Origin: Callorhinchus milii
Lineage: Eukaryota
Length of the DNA stretch: 64,000 nt
NCBI RefSeq assembly: GCF_018977255.1
Contig: NW_024704762.1
Location: 7,874,001-7,938,000, forward strand
Direction of reading: 5' to 3'
Below the pieces are notes generated by a model. That model was not told the DNA's origin and ran no database searches. It saw only the letters and a list, made by a program, of their open reading frames with translations. Within the stretch, counting starts at the first letter, position 1. Each line of letters begins with the position of its first letter. Shown piece by piece: positions 26,324-39,000 of the stretch. The position numbers and the translations under genes are program-made.

Positions 26324-29300
26324 CGCATTGGTTATAGAGCGCTTTTCACGTCGGGAGGACGTCCCAAAGCGCTTCACAGAACACACTGTAAAGTGAACTG
26401 ACTGTATGTATTTGTGGGCGAAGGCGGCGGCCGATTGCGCACAGCGATGTCCCACAGACAGTCGTGGGTTGAAAACGGCCGATTTATTACTGTTTTGGGG
26501 TGCGGGGGGGGGGGGGGGGAGGAGGGGTTATTATTAGGGCTCCGTGTGCGGAGTGAGGAAACTCGCCCGAGGGTTCGGCCCTGACCCGCCGGGGATTGAA
26601 CGAACGAACCCGGGTCTCTCGCTCAAAAAAGCGAGTGCTCTAACCCCTGAGAGAGCTGCGGGACTCCACGGACCCCCTCTCTCCTCTCTCTCTCTCTCTC
26701 TCGTCGTCGGGGGTCTTCCCCGCGAGACGCCTGGAAGCGCTTCAGGGGGCGCGTTACCGCCAAGCGGATCGCCGCGGGCGTCGTGCGGGGGGGTGGGGGG
26801 CAGCGGGGGGGGGGGCGTTGCGAGTGCTCAGACGGAGCCCCGCGTTTCGCCCCCACGGAGTGTGCGGCCGGCGGTGGGGGACGCCCCGGGCCTGAGAAGC
26901 GCTTGGAAACGCCCCGAAGACGTGACGTGGGGCTGTTATCCCCCAATGCAGTTATTATTATTATTATTATTACTACTATGATTACTACTATTATTATTAC
27001 TACCACCAGTGGCAGCTTCACCACCACCACCACCACCAGTGGACGGGCGGCCGCGCTTCTTCACCGATCCAACCGAGAGCCTCGCAGTTTCCCCGCCGCC
27101 CCGGAGCAACGGGGGAGGCGGCACCGTCAGCAGCAGCGGCGGCGCCTCGGGAGAGACCCGGTCTACAGGACCGCGAGCCCCGGGACCGGACGGCCAGACT
27201 CACACTGACGACCGCGGGACACTGCCCGACACCAGCACCGGTACCGGCACCGCCCGGTGTGACTCCCCCGAAGACCGGGCTTCTCTGAGTGGACTTTCGG
27301 CGGCGGCGGCCGAGGACCGGACACCGGGGCCGCTCCGGCCTGACCCGCGCGCCGCCGCAAACGGCCGCCTGTCCGAACCGGTGGACGCGTCTCTGCTCCT
27401 CTTCGACGACGAAGGCGACGGCGCGGCCAACGGCCGGGACTCCCCCCCGAGCGGCGACGGCGACTCGGACAGCAGCTCCGAGCTGTACGCCAGCGCGGTC
27501 GAGGGCCTCAATGTCAGCCCGGACCCAGGCCCCGCCGCGGGGCGAGAGGGGACCCCGGGCCGAGGCGGCGGCGGCTCCGGCCTCGCGGTGCTCCTGAGGA
27601 AGGCGACGTCGGACCCGAAGAGGAGAGAGAGTGAGTTCGAGCCGTCGCCGCCGTCGCCCGTCTCCTCCTCCGCCTCCGCCGTCACCCCGCGCTCCGGCCG
27701 CCGCGATTCGTCCCTGTTCGACCGGCCCGTGCCCGCCCCGGCGAGGGTCCGGCGGGTCCGCAGCCCCCCAAGGGCGGGGGAGGGAGGGAGACCCGTCGTC
27801 CCCTGCCGCCGCCACCACTCCTGGGACGGCCGAGGGAGCGACGAGGGGGTGGACGGAACGCCGCTCTCCCGCTCCTCCTCGTCGGGGCTCGAGGAGAGTT
27901 ACCCGGACACGGTCCCGGTCGGGGCCGCGGTGGCGGCTGAAGCGCTCGAGGGTCACCGGGTGACTGTCCGGAGCCCCCGCGGGGGTCCGGGCGGAGACGA
28001 CCGGTGGGACGACGACACGTGGCTCACGGAAATCGGTGGCGACGAAGACGGCGGCGGCGGCTCCCGGTGCCCCGCGCTGCCCGACCCCGAGGGCTGCCCG
28101 GTGCCGGTGGACCGTCCCCCGGGGCAGGAGGCGGGGGGGCGGGGGTCGAGCGGCCGATCGCCTCCCGCCGACCTCCTGTCCAACAGCCGCCTCCGCCTCC
28201 GGCTCCGGGACCTCGGGGCAGACCCGGGGCCCGTCACCCGCCTCACCAGGAACGTCTACCTCCGGCGCCTCAACCGGTTGGTCGCGGAGCCTCGGGCCCC
28301 GCGGCGGCGGCCTCCAAAAGCGGGTACGTCAATGGGGGCTTCACACCCCTCACTCACACTCACTCACTCACACCCCTCACTCACACTCACTCACTCACAC
28401 CCCACACTCACACTCACTCACTCACACCCCCACTCACACACTCACTCACTCACCACTCACACTCTCACACCCCCCACTCACTCACTCACACCCCCCACTC
28501 ACACTCACTCATACACACTCACACTCACTCACACTCACTCACTCACACCCCCCACTCACTCACACTCACACCCCTCACACTCACTCACACCCCCCACTCA
28601 CACTCACTCACTCACCCCCCATTCACACTCACTCACACTCACACCCCCCACACTCACTCACACTCCCCCACTCACACTCACTCACTCACACCCCACACTC
28701 ACACTCCACACACACTTACACACTCGCACACAACTTTCTTTGGACGACAGGCCCAAGATGCTGTTGGTTGGTCCTATTTGATTCGGCTCAAGATACTTAC
28801 CGGTGGTTTGCGGTGGGAGATATCACAGCCCAATCCTCTCCCCCGGGGACACCTCTCAGCCTTTTTGGGGTGGGCAGTGGTTGGGGGGGGCAGTGGTGGG
28901 GGAAAGGAGAATTCTCAACGTAACTATTCCTGAGTAACTAAAATGACTCGTTTCGCCGCAGAGTTCAGCGCTGAGCTTTGTCGGAGTCTTGAGACCTTCG
29001 TGATCCCGGATTGCAGACAGGATGAGCTGATACTGTCCCAGCAGTTTGATCAGCCAGACCAGATTCGCCGGTGGAGAGGGGGCCTTGTCAAATCCAGCTT
29101 CAACTACCTGCTGCTCGACCCCAGGTCCTTGTGGCTGCCTTGTCCCGTTCAGCTATCCCGTGTGTGTCCCCCCAACCTCCACAATGTTGCCCGTCTCCAT
29201 CACTAACTCTCCCTTCGGGCCACCAAGACCCTTGTCCAAGCTTTCATCACGTCCAGACTTGACTACACTAACTCCCTGCTCGCCGGACTTTCTAACTCTT

Positions 29301-30952
29301 CCCTCCACAGGCTGCGGATTATTCAGAACTCTGCAGCCCGTGTCCTTTCCTGAACCAGGCTCCGTGACCTGACCACCCCCAGCCCCACCCTCACCCTCAC
29401 CCGGCTCCACAGCCTCTCGAACCTCTGCTGTTCTCTCGCATTTACTTTTTATTTGAGAAAGAAACTGAAGCTGTAAATTCAGTTTCATGTTGTTAAAGCG
29501 GTGTCGATTTGAGCAGGAGGTATGTTGTGTTTCACGTCCTCCCGATGTGAAAGGCGCTCTATAAATGGAATCTTGTTGTTGTTGTTGTTATGGATTGATT
29601 GATTGATTGATGGATGGATTGATGGATTGATTTTTTNCCCCAGAGTGACTATGAACCTCCCGGCTCGGTCTCACGCACTGAGCGACGATGACTGTTTCCG
29701 CATTTTTGTCAACGCCATCTTCTACGTGGGGAAGGGCAAGCGCTCTCGGCCGTACAGCCATCTCAACGAAGCTCAGAAGCATTTTAACAACGTGCGAGCA
29801 CAGGTACGGAGTCATGAAATTCCACCTGCTCTTAGCCTGTCGGAGGAGTATGAAGTTCCCTTCAGAACGCTGGCTGTTTTTGCAAACTATGACATTCTGC
29901 TCCTCAGTTTCCCAAATTGGGTTCCCCTTTTCTCCCCCCGACCCCTCCCGCCCACCCGCCCACATATGGCGAGTGAACTGGACAGAGAGTGACATCAACA
30001 CACTTTTTGTCTTGGGGTTGAGCTGGTCAGCAACTCAATGACAAAACTGGGGCTTTTGTAGGATAAGGTCAAAAGTTCCTTATATGTTTGCTTAAAATCC
30101 TCTCTTTTTCTCTCCTTGTTTGCTTTCTTTCTTTCTCTCCTTGCTTGCTTGCTTTCTCTCCTTCCTTGCTTTCTTCCTTGCTTTCTTTTTGTCTCTCTCT
30201 CTCTCGCTCCCTCCCCCTCTCTCCTCTACAGGTGAACAGTAAGTTACAGAGGATTATGGATATCTGGGCAGATGGCCTGGGAGTCATCTCTCTGCACTGT
30301 TTCCAGAATGTAATTGCTGTCGAGGCCTTTACCCGGGAGGCCTGCATGGTCGACGCACTGGGTAAGTCACCTATTTCTTTATCACTCCCCCACTCCCCCC
30401 CCCCCCCACACACACACACACACACAGTGCAAGTCCATGTGGTTCAATGGCTGACTTTGGTGTAAATTTTAACGTGGGAATGAAAAGCACAACTTGGGTC
30501 CAATGTGTGTGAGAAATACAAACGGCCTTTAGATTTGTTGGTGGGGGGGAGGGGGTGCAAAGCAAGAGAATAGGACTAAAGGGGCAGCTAACAAGGACTC
30601 GATGGGCCAGTCCTGTATTGTACATTTCTATGTCCCCATGGAGTTCCAGCCATGGAAGCCATTCAGCCCCTCGAGCCTGTTCTGTCATTCTATGCGATCA
30701 TGGCCGATCCGTACTTCGACTCCAATTACCCATGATTTTTTGCTGCTGTCCTGGTTTATAAACCTCTCCTCCTCCTCGCAAACCACACTAGGGTTACCGA
30801 AGCTGACAAACCAGAAGAGGGGCGATTACTACGGCACTGTGGCCACGTGGACTATGAAACGCAGGCGGCAGCTGGGGGTGCACCTCATACGCCAGGCCTC
30901 CCTCATCTTCCTGGCTGAGGGCGAAAGGCAGCTCCGACCCGCGGACATCTAG
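21209..30952 (+). CDS. ANKLE1: Ankyrin repeat and LEM domain-containing protein 1 (GIY-YIG endonuclease, LEM-3 ortholog), ~9 coding exons
   Basis: Exons 21209-21267, 24600-24752, 24892-24997, 25455-25581, ~27010-28323 (acceptor uncertain; 27016, 27040 and 27088 are also in phase), 28962-29124, 29644-29803, 30232-30361 and 30792-30952. Ankyrin repeats ([18 protein letters not shown]; [13 protein letters not shown]), LEM motif ([32 protein letters not shown]), GIY-YIG part ([11 protein letters not shown]...[15 protein letters not shown]...[14 protein letters not shown]...[11 protein letters not shown]). Confidence 0.93.
21296..22265 (-). mobile_element. 5'-truncated CR1 LINE (ORF2 C-terminus plus 3' UTR) in ANKLE1 intron 1
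   Basis: Degenerate ORF2 peptides [10 protein letters not shown] and [37 protein letters not shown] are typical of the CR1 C-terminus. Confidence 0.85.
21370..21728. repeat. Minisatellite, ~10 units of 29-38 bp (TCAACCCCACTCCCCCCGCGCTCTCCCCATAGCCCCGA)
   Basis: Direct tandem units with no unique spacers. Confidence 0.92.
22395..22680 (-). mobile_element. L2 LINE 3' fragment
   Basis: [18 protein letters not shown]...[13 protein letters not shown] is an L2 ORF2 C-terminal motif, followed by the L2 tail. Confidence 0.7.
23283..23605 (-). mobile_element. Full-length Deu tRNA-SINE
   Basis: A/B box head, Deu core and (ATT)n tail. Confidence 0.85.
26293..26667 (-). mobile_element. Full-length Deu tRNA-SINE with strongly GC-shifted sequence
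   Basis: Colinear with the copies at 2955-3297 and 36285-36596, but with many A/T->G/C changes. Confidence 0.85.
28340..28730. repeat. (CACT/CACACT/CACCCC) low-complexity tandem repeat in an ANKLE1 intron
   Basis: Read directly from the sequence. It produces the spurious His/Thr-rich tail of ORF 27009-28781. Confidence 0.9.
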
Positions 30953-33900
30953 GCAGGAGAGCGGGAGACGTCAACAGGGCTACTTTGTAAAGAGGCCTTT
31001 GTGTGTGTGTGTGTGGGTGAGTGGGTGGATGGGTGAGTGTGTGTGTGTATGGGTGAGTGTGTGTGTGTATGGGTGAGCGTGTGAGTGAGTGTGAGTGCGA
31101 GTGAGCTCAGCCTCGGGACGACCTCCCAACGTGAAAGGCGCCATCTGAATGAAATTTTGTATGGTATTTTGTATTATGTATTGTAAGCGCTCTGGGATGC
31201 TGCCCTGCATGAAGGGCGCGATATAAATGCAATTGGTTGTTGTGTGGAAAATATTTTGGAGCCCCTCCTCCTCTCCCCGAGGAAATGTTTTTAATCTCTT
31301 TCCCCCCCCCCCCCCCAACCCCCAAAAAATTATTTTAATTGACTCCAGTTTCTCTCAGTCTTCTGGCAGGACGAGAGGCTCACAAGCCTCTGCGGTTGCA
31401 GTTCTTTTATCTGCCATAAGACGCAGTGTGTGTGTGTGGGTGAGCAGCTGCTAACCTGTTTGAACTAAGGGAGTAATTGACTCCATGACACCACACACAC
31501 ACACACGCACATTTTTTTTAAAAAATTGTATCAACAAAGCTTAATTTTAAGTTCCCTATTTTAACTTTAAGTGTCGGGGCACTAGTGGTCTGCGAAGGGG
31601 AATCGTAGACTCCAGTGAGTGCAGGGCTGAGAGATTATCAGCCCAGCTAAAACCCTGATCTATCGCCAACGCTTTAGACCATCTGTCCATCTTGTATTCT
31701 CAGTGAATTGGCGGACAGGAACTTTCTTTCTTCCCTCCCCGCCCCTCCCCACCCCCTTGATTTTATCAGTGCTGAGCCAATTCAAACGTTTTTAAAATCT
31801 TAATATTTATCTTTTTTTTATGAACCCATCCCCACTCTCATCTGAGCCAGTGAGCCACCAACTGAGCCATTGAAATCCCCTTCCTGGGAGATGCCTATTC
31901 ACTTATTGATTATTATTATTATTATTGGTTCCTTTATTTGGAATCGTTGTTATTTTTTCAGTCCTCGTTTGTTCAGTTGCTTCTGGGCTCTTTTTTTTAT
32001 GCAGACTGCTCTCCTCAGTGAGCCCACCATCTCCACTCACTGACACGGACTCTGTCTACAACGCATATCATTCGAAAAATAATAATGATCCTTGTATTTG
32101 GTATAGCGCCTTGTCGAGATGTCTCAAGCCCCTGGGATGTCTTCCTGATGTGAAAGACGCTATCATAAAAGCAATTTGTATTTTTTGTGTGTTTTTTTTA
32201 AAAAGTAATTTTTCCATAAAATCGTCAAAGAGTCTAAAATCATTGCACTGTTTATCCATATCTTTATTGTGATCGGTGCCTTGGGACGTCCTCCCGACGT
32301 GAAAGGTGCCATGTGACTGCAAGTTGTTGTTGTTGCGATGCAATGTAAGTAGCTGGTACCTCTCTCAGAGGCGAGAGAGAGATCTTTAAAGTCTTTAAAG
32401 CCACTTCACTGATCAAGTTTACAATAGGAGGCCATTTGGCCCATTGTGCCTAAGCTGCTATTAGCTCTCACTAAAGCTATTTACTTTAATCCATTGACCT
32501 ATTCCTCCGCCCCACCCCGTACTCTCTGATATTTTTTCTGCTCCCTTTTTGGAATACTGTTATGGTTTCTGTTTCAACGACGATTTGTAGTGAGACATTT
32601 CACACTCTAAAATTCCTTCGACTCTCCCCTTTCTTCTTCCCAGTCTTCAATTCATAGAATCATGGAATTATGCAGCACAGAAGGAGGCCATTCTCTGCCT
32701 CTCTTTGAAAAGAGCTTCCAATTGAGTGAATGTGCGCACTCATTAATCTCGCTCCCTATTTGCTGTTTACTGAAGTTTTATTCAATTACCTCCCTTTATC
32801 TTCACCTCCCTCCCAACCTTCTCTGCACCAGGGTAACAACACCAAACCTCCCATCTCTGCTGTCATCTTTGTGAATGTTTGGGTTCCAGGCCTTGGGACG
32901 TTCTCCCGACGTGAAAGGCGTTGCACAAATGTAATTTTGTTGTTGTTGTTTACTGGGCATTCAGTTGCCGTGACCAAAATAGAACTGCAGCAGTCTCAGT
33001 TACACACTGAATGCCAGCCTCGTATAGGAGCTCAAATTGCTGTTGTGAGGTTTGCACCGCAGTTTGACCCACACGTTTCCCCATGCTTCAGCAAACCAGA
33101 CCGACACAAAGAAACAGTCATCTGATTTTTAATAAGCAATTTTGTACCGTACACGTTAGATAACTATATATAACGTACACTTTATATTGGTTCTTGTGAA
33201 ATTCTTACATCGACATTTCTCACTGAAACGTACAGCAATTATTTTAGGTGTTACACAGAGCTTTGTCAAGCTCGTAAAAATATATATATATCTTATACGT
33301 ATGTGTTTGTGTGTGTCTGTATGTACATTATTATGTTTTGTAAATATATTGTGGTGATTGATTCTGCACCGAGTGAAATAAATAGAATATTTGCTGCTTC
33401 ACTATTTGCTCTCTGTCTGACAGTGGGGTAGGTAGGTCTTTGTTGGAATATCTTGAGATACAGTATATAGTTTGGGACATGACGTGTGCATGCGACTGAC
33501 AGGATGGTGGAAGGTGAACTGGATGGACCTTGGTCTTCTTTCATCTAGCAATTCCTATATTCTTATGAATAATTCGGAGGGTTTGAGGTGTTAAGAGTTG
33601 CCCTGGGCTGGGAAGAGAGAGAGTTTAAAAAACACTCCCTAAATGACCTATCACTGGGAGAATCTGAGGCCTGAAATTCCATCAACTTAAACTGCAGGAC
33701 AATTTTGTCTCAAAAAAGATAAGAAACGCAGAATTGGGGGAAAATCTTATATTCCTGAATTTGCATGGTTCTTAAGGTGGGTGACTCCAGCAAAATTTCA
33801 GGCTGGATTTAGGGGAAAGGATGGGTTTGGGGGAGTTGTCGCCCCCCTGGAAGAGTTTCTGCGCCACCCCCCCTCCTTGGGCACAAGTCAGCATCTCAGG

Positions 33901-36068
33901 GACAAAAGGAGGGAGGAAAAGGTATATTTTTCTAAAGTACGAGAATGTGTATTTCAGTTTAATTATAGTTGCGTGACATTTTGGGCGGGCAGGGGAAGTC
34001 TATGGAGTTGAATCTTTGGGAGTGAAGATGTATTGACTTCGGAGTCTGTAAACCCTCCTTTAATTAATTCTTGGAGTCGCTATTACGGGGGATAACTGAG
34101 TCAGGATAAGTGTGCGATGCACACACTTGTGTCAGATCTAGTGCTGAATTGGCTTTACGGGGTAGCATTCCCACTGCTGTTACAAGCACACGTCTCAGTT
34201 GTCTGTCGAGCTGGACTCCGTCTATCTACAGCCCTTACTTACCGCTCTCCTTGTGTGATTCACTTAAAAAAATAAATAAATATCCTTTTGTTTTTCTTTC
34301 CGAAAGGAAAACTTAAAAATATATATTTCAAAACGTTGAGAGAGAAACGGGATGGGGACACACCGTCTGTTGAGTCCTGATCCCTGTCTTACCTGATCAG
34401 GAAATCGGAATAGGTCACTCACAAACATACACATGTACACAACACAACACACTGGAATAGGATTCCCAGGTTCCACAAGCCAAAATGCTTGTGATTGAGG
34501 ATTAATAGAAATAGCACAGCAAATTTTACTGATACGAACAGATAGTGAATTACAGTGAGTTACAGACTGGATTCTTATTGAGAGGTTCAGGTGGATAATA
34601 ATAAGCGCTCCAAGACACTGCCCTGTGTTAAGGGCGCTATATAAATGCAAGTTGTTTTGTAATATACAGAATGACTGGTCCACGGGAATGAGTTACAGGC
34701 TGCAATATGTTTGTTTTTGGCTGCCCTGTAATTGTAGTGAATGGAATGAATATTGGTCTGTAACAGAATGACACCAAGTTTGTCAAATCACAATTATATC
34801 TATTATGTACAGCTGCACTTTTATATATGATATAACCATTATATATTATCCGATAATACAGTTGGGTATAGAGTACTGTGTGGGGGTGAATTTGTGACTC
34901 AGGATTGGCTCAGGTTGATACCAGCGTGTGTCTACCCCACTGCGGATTCTGTGCAAAAGTTTAGTCTTTTACGTAGTGAAGAGCTTTGCGATGTTACCCT
35001 GTGTGAAGGGCGCTGTGTAAACACAAGTTGCTGTTGAGACGTCCTCCTGACATGAAAGGTGCTACGTTAAGCATAAATTGGCGTCAACCCTTCCCCTGGC
35101 TGATTGAAGCTTGTTTGTGATCGACAGCACTCGGCTGAGATAAGATTACCCTCTTTTTTTTTTCTGTTTTATATTCATTGTCCAGCGTGCAAAATAAATC
35201 CACGGCTTTCGTTCCCGGCAATGTGTTTTCTCTCCCTGTCTATTCCTTGCTTCTCTGTGCATTTCCGTGCCATGTCAAGCGCAACCATTACCTGCAGAGC
35301 CTTTGACTCAGGGTTTATAACAGGACGGTACTGGACATTGATTGTTAACTGACTGATCGGTCGGTCGGTCGGTCGAGCTGGTGAACACTGCGGTGGCGGT
35401 GAGGAAGCTGCTTTAAGTGTTAATTCAGATGTGCCCTTTCCTTCCCTTACAAAGAGTCTCAGCATAATAAACGCTCCCCCAAGTACCAGCTCTCTCTCAA
35501 TCCAATCCACAAATAGTCTCACCTTGCTCCATTTGCCCCAGAGAGCCTCCTGTGCCTATGTCCCTAAGAAGGGGTTGAAGACCTTGCCTAGAGCATGTTC
35601 TAAAAGCCCTCTCCACCCTCACTGATAGAATTAGACGGTGACTTATTACAATAAACGTTTACTACGCCTCTCTCCCTCGCTTTTTTAAAAAAAAACACCT
35701 AAATTGATAAGAAATCACCTTTTTTTTTAGCTGCCGTTTTATCAAAATGTACATTTTACACATTTCCGCTCTTTTTGCCAGACACCCGAGGCCTGTTTCG
35801 AGACCCCCGAGGACCCGGCTAATCCTCTCGCACACCTCACTCGCGTGGCGGTGTCGTTAATCCCTGCACCTCTCTTACAGCCCTCACGTAGTTCAGAATA
35901 TCTCCACGAATGGAACGGAACGAACGAACGAATAACCTCTGTCAACTGTGAATAAAATCCCTTTCTCTACACGTTGGATCTGGGAAAATTTCTACCGTCA
36001 ACCCTTAGTGTCTCTCTTTTCTTTTCCCCCCCCTTTCTAAAGTTTTTTTTTCCCCCCACCCCAGCTCT

Positions 36069-39000
36069 TTACTTGTTTTCCGCAGCTTCTTCCATCTCTG
36101 GCTCAGTCTCTGACTTCTGACTGGTGCTCATGTCAGGCTCCCACAGCAGGAACTCATGTAAGAGTGTGTTGACAGTCTCCGGACACTCCATCATCACCAT
36201 GTGACTGCCCTCCTCGATGACTTTCAAAAATGCGATCAGTAAGATCTAACGAGGCAAACAAAGCTGAAATCAGCGGTGTGGAGTTAATAATAATAATAAC
36301 AATAATCCTTGCATTTGATATAGCGTTTTTCACGTCGGGAGGACGTCCCAAAGCGCTTCACAGAACACACTGTAAAGTGAATTGACTGTATATTTGTGGG
36401 CGAACGCGGCAGCCAATTGCGCACAGCAATGTCCCACAAACAGTCGTAGATTGAAAATGACCAATTTATTATTGTTTTTGGTTTTGGAGGGATTATTATT
36501 AGGCTCTGTGTGGAGTAAGGAAACTTGCCCAAGGTTTCGCTCTGTCTGGAATTGAACTCAGGTCTCTCACTTGCAAAGCGAGTGCTCTAACCACTGCCGT
36601 AGTGTACTGGTTAGAGCACCCCTCGCAAGCGAGAGGACCAGGGTTCGATTCCCGGGCAGGTCAGGGCGAAAGCTTAAGTTTACTTACTCCTCACACACGC
36701 CAATGTTTACCCAGCAATAAGTAGGAACCCGGGTTGTTAGCCGATTGGTGCATCGCTTTTCTGGGGGTAATGATCCCTATAATAATAAGTTTATTAAAAA
36801 ATAATAATTATATATTTTAATACCAAATAATAATAATCGGGTCACTCAATCCATGACTGTCTATGGGACGCTGCTGTGTGCAATTGGCTGCCACGTTTCG
36901 TCCATAAAATATACAGTCAACTCACTTTACAGTATATTCTGTGAAGCGCTTTGAGACGTCTCGAAGACATGATAAGGCGTTATATCAAATGGACTATTAA
37001 TATTATTATTATGCATGAGCTTCTTCCCCTTGCGAGTGGGCAGGGTGGGGGTGGAGATGGGAAGTGGTTGTATGAAGAGGGATTCTCCACACTTCCAGGT
37101 CACTAACTTCGCTGAGTCGAGCGGTCAAACAGTGAACGTCTGATGGCAAAGATGTTTCTCTTACCTCTGCCATGCGTTGGTCTTCATCGATGGGAACAAA
37201 CTTGTCGTGCATCCCGTGCACCAACAGGACAGGAACGGTCAGCTCAGCGTGATACACCTCGTCTCCCTCCGGCCAGTACTGACCATTCATCATCGCCCTC
37301 AGCACGAACGACGAGACATTGAAGGCGTTCCCTTCCTTCATGAGCTGCTTCTCTTTGGCACCTTGATGCGCAAATCCCGCTCTGAAAGAAAAGTGGGGAG
37401 AGACCGCTTTAGAGCAGCGGTAGCCAACACGTGGCCCGCGGGCCGGATGTGGCCCACGGGACCAGCCATGAAGAAGCAGCCCTTCCAGAACATCCGCACG
37501 AGTCTAGGTAAGTCCGTGTTCGATCGGTCGTGTATTTTCAGTTTTTTTTCTTGATTTGATTTGTGGCGTAAATCAAGAGATATTCAAATCAAGAAAATTC
37601 AACCATAAAGGTTGGCCACCACTGGCTTAGAGCAAGGGGGGGAATAATAATTGTAGATGCAGCCTCCCCACATAGATGGTGTCTGTTTTTCTTCTCCAAA
37701 ATCCCTTCCTATTATTCCTTTTCTCCCAACCTCAAACTCCTCTTAAAACCACCTCCTCTCTCTCTCTCTCTCTCTCTCTTGGCGATGTATTTGGTCATGA
37801 CCCTCAAAATCTTCCTCTCCTCCCCAATTTGGCGCTCGCTCTTGCCTGTACAACAAACCCTTCGATCCATTCAGTCTACATACCAGTGGTGGTGTTACTG
37901 TATAAACGTTATTGTCGGTACGAATGGTTTGGGTCTAAGCTCATAGACTGGTAAATGTAGGAAAAGGGGGAAATCTGGAACACAAGAGGAGCACAGGTTA
38001 TTATAATAATAATCCTTTACATTTGATACAGTCGGGAGGACATCTCAAAAACACTTCGCAGGATTTACTGCAAAGCGTAGTGACTGGTATCTCGCAGGCA
38101 CTAGTTGTACGTGTGTGAAATGAGACGGTTATAGCGAATGCAACCGGCGTCAGCTTAATCTTCCCCCAAACAACTTACTTAAGGAAACTCCAGAGGAGGC
38201 AGGGGGAGAGGCAATGCAAGACACACGAGGGCAGGTTGAAGATGGAGCAGAGACTGGGTTCCAGGGCAGTTGGCCCCCCTCCATTTATCATCACCAGTTT
38301 GTGCACCTGATCAGGGAACTCGTGTGCTAGGAACGTGCAGAAGGAAACCCTGGGGAAAGGAAAACAGAAAGCGGCTCAAACCCGGGTCTCCCAGAGGAGA
38401 AACGTACATTAACTCGTCGTTTTCCGGGGGTAATAATTCCTTCCTAAAAAAAATAATAACAATAATAATTTGGTCACTCAATCCACGGCTGTTTGTAGGA
38501 CGCTGCTGTGCGCAATTGGCTGCCGCGTTTCGCCCACGAAAAACATACAGTCGATTCACTTTACGGTATATTCTGTGAAGCGCTTTGAGACGTGATAAGG
38601 CACTATATCAAATGCAAGGATTATTTTTATTAGGAACTCACAGAGGCCAGCAAGGCTGGGTCTGTAGGCGTCTGTGAATTCAACGGTCAACAAGAAAGAG
38701 GGAGCGCACGGTACTTTGCCCGTAATTATAATAGTAATCATCCTTGCATTTGATACACCACCTTATTGTGTCTTCGAGATGTCTCAAAGCGCTTTACAGG
38801 ATACACTGTAAAGTGAATTGACTGTGTATTTTTGTGGGTGAAACAGCAGCAGCAGCCGATTGCCAATAAGTGACCAAATTTATTGCATACATTGTAAAGC
38901 GGATTGATTGTCTTTGGAACGTCCTCCCGACGTGCCATGAGAGGCGCTAAAGAAATATAATCTGCTGTTGTATCTTGTGGGCGAAAAAAAAATAGCACAG

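Noticed and set aside
27009-28781. 590-aa single-exon ORF as an independent gene
   Set aside because: It is the ANKLE1 central exon reading through the donor at 28323 into a CACT repeat. The overlapping 312-aa and 309-aa ORFs arise from high GC content and few stop codons.
29637-29637. Ambiguous base N near an ANKLE1 acceptor
   Set aside because: Assembly ambiguity in the intronic pyrimidine tract; it does not affect the coding frame.
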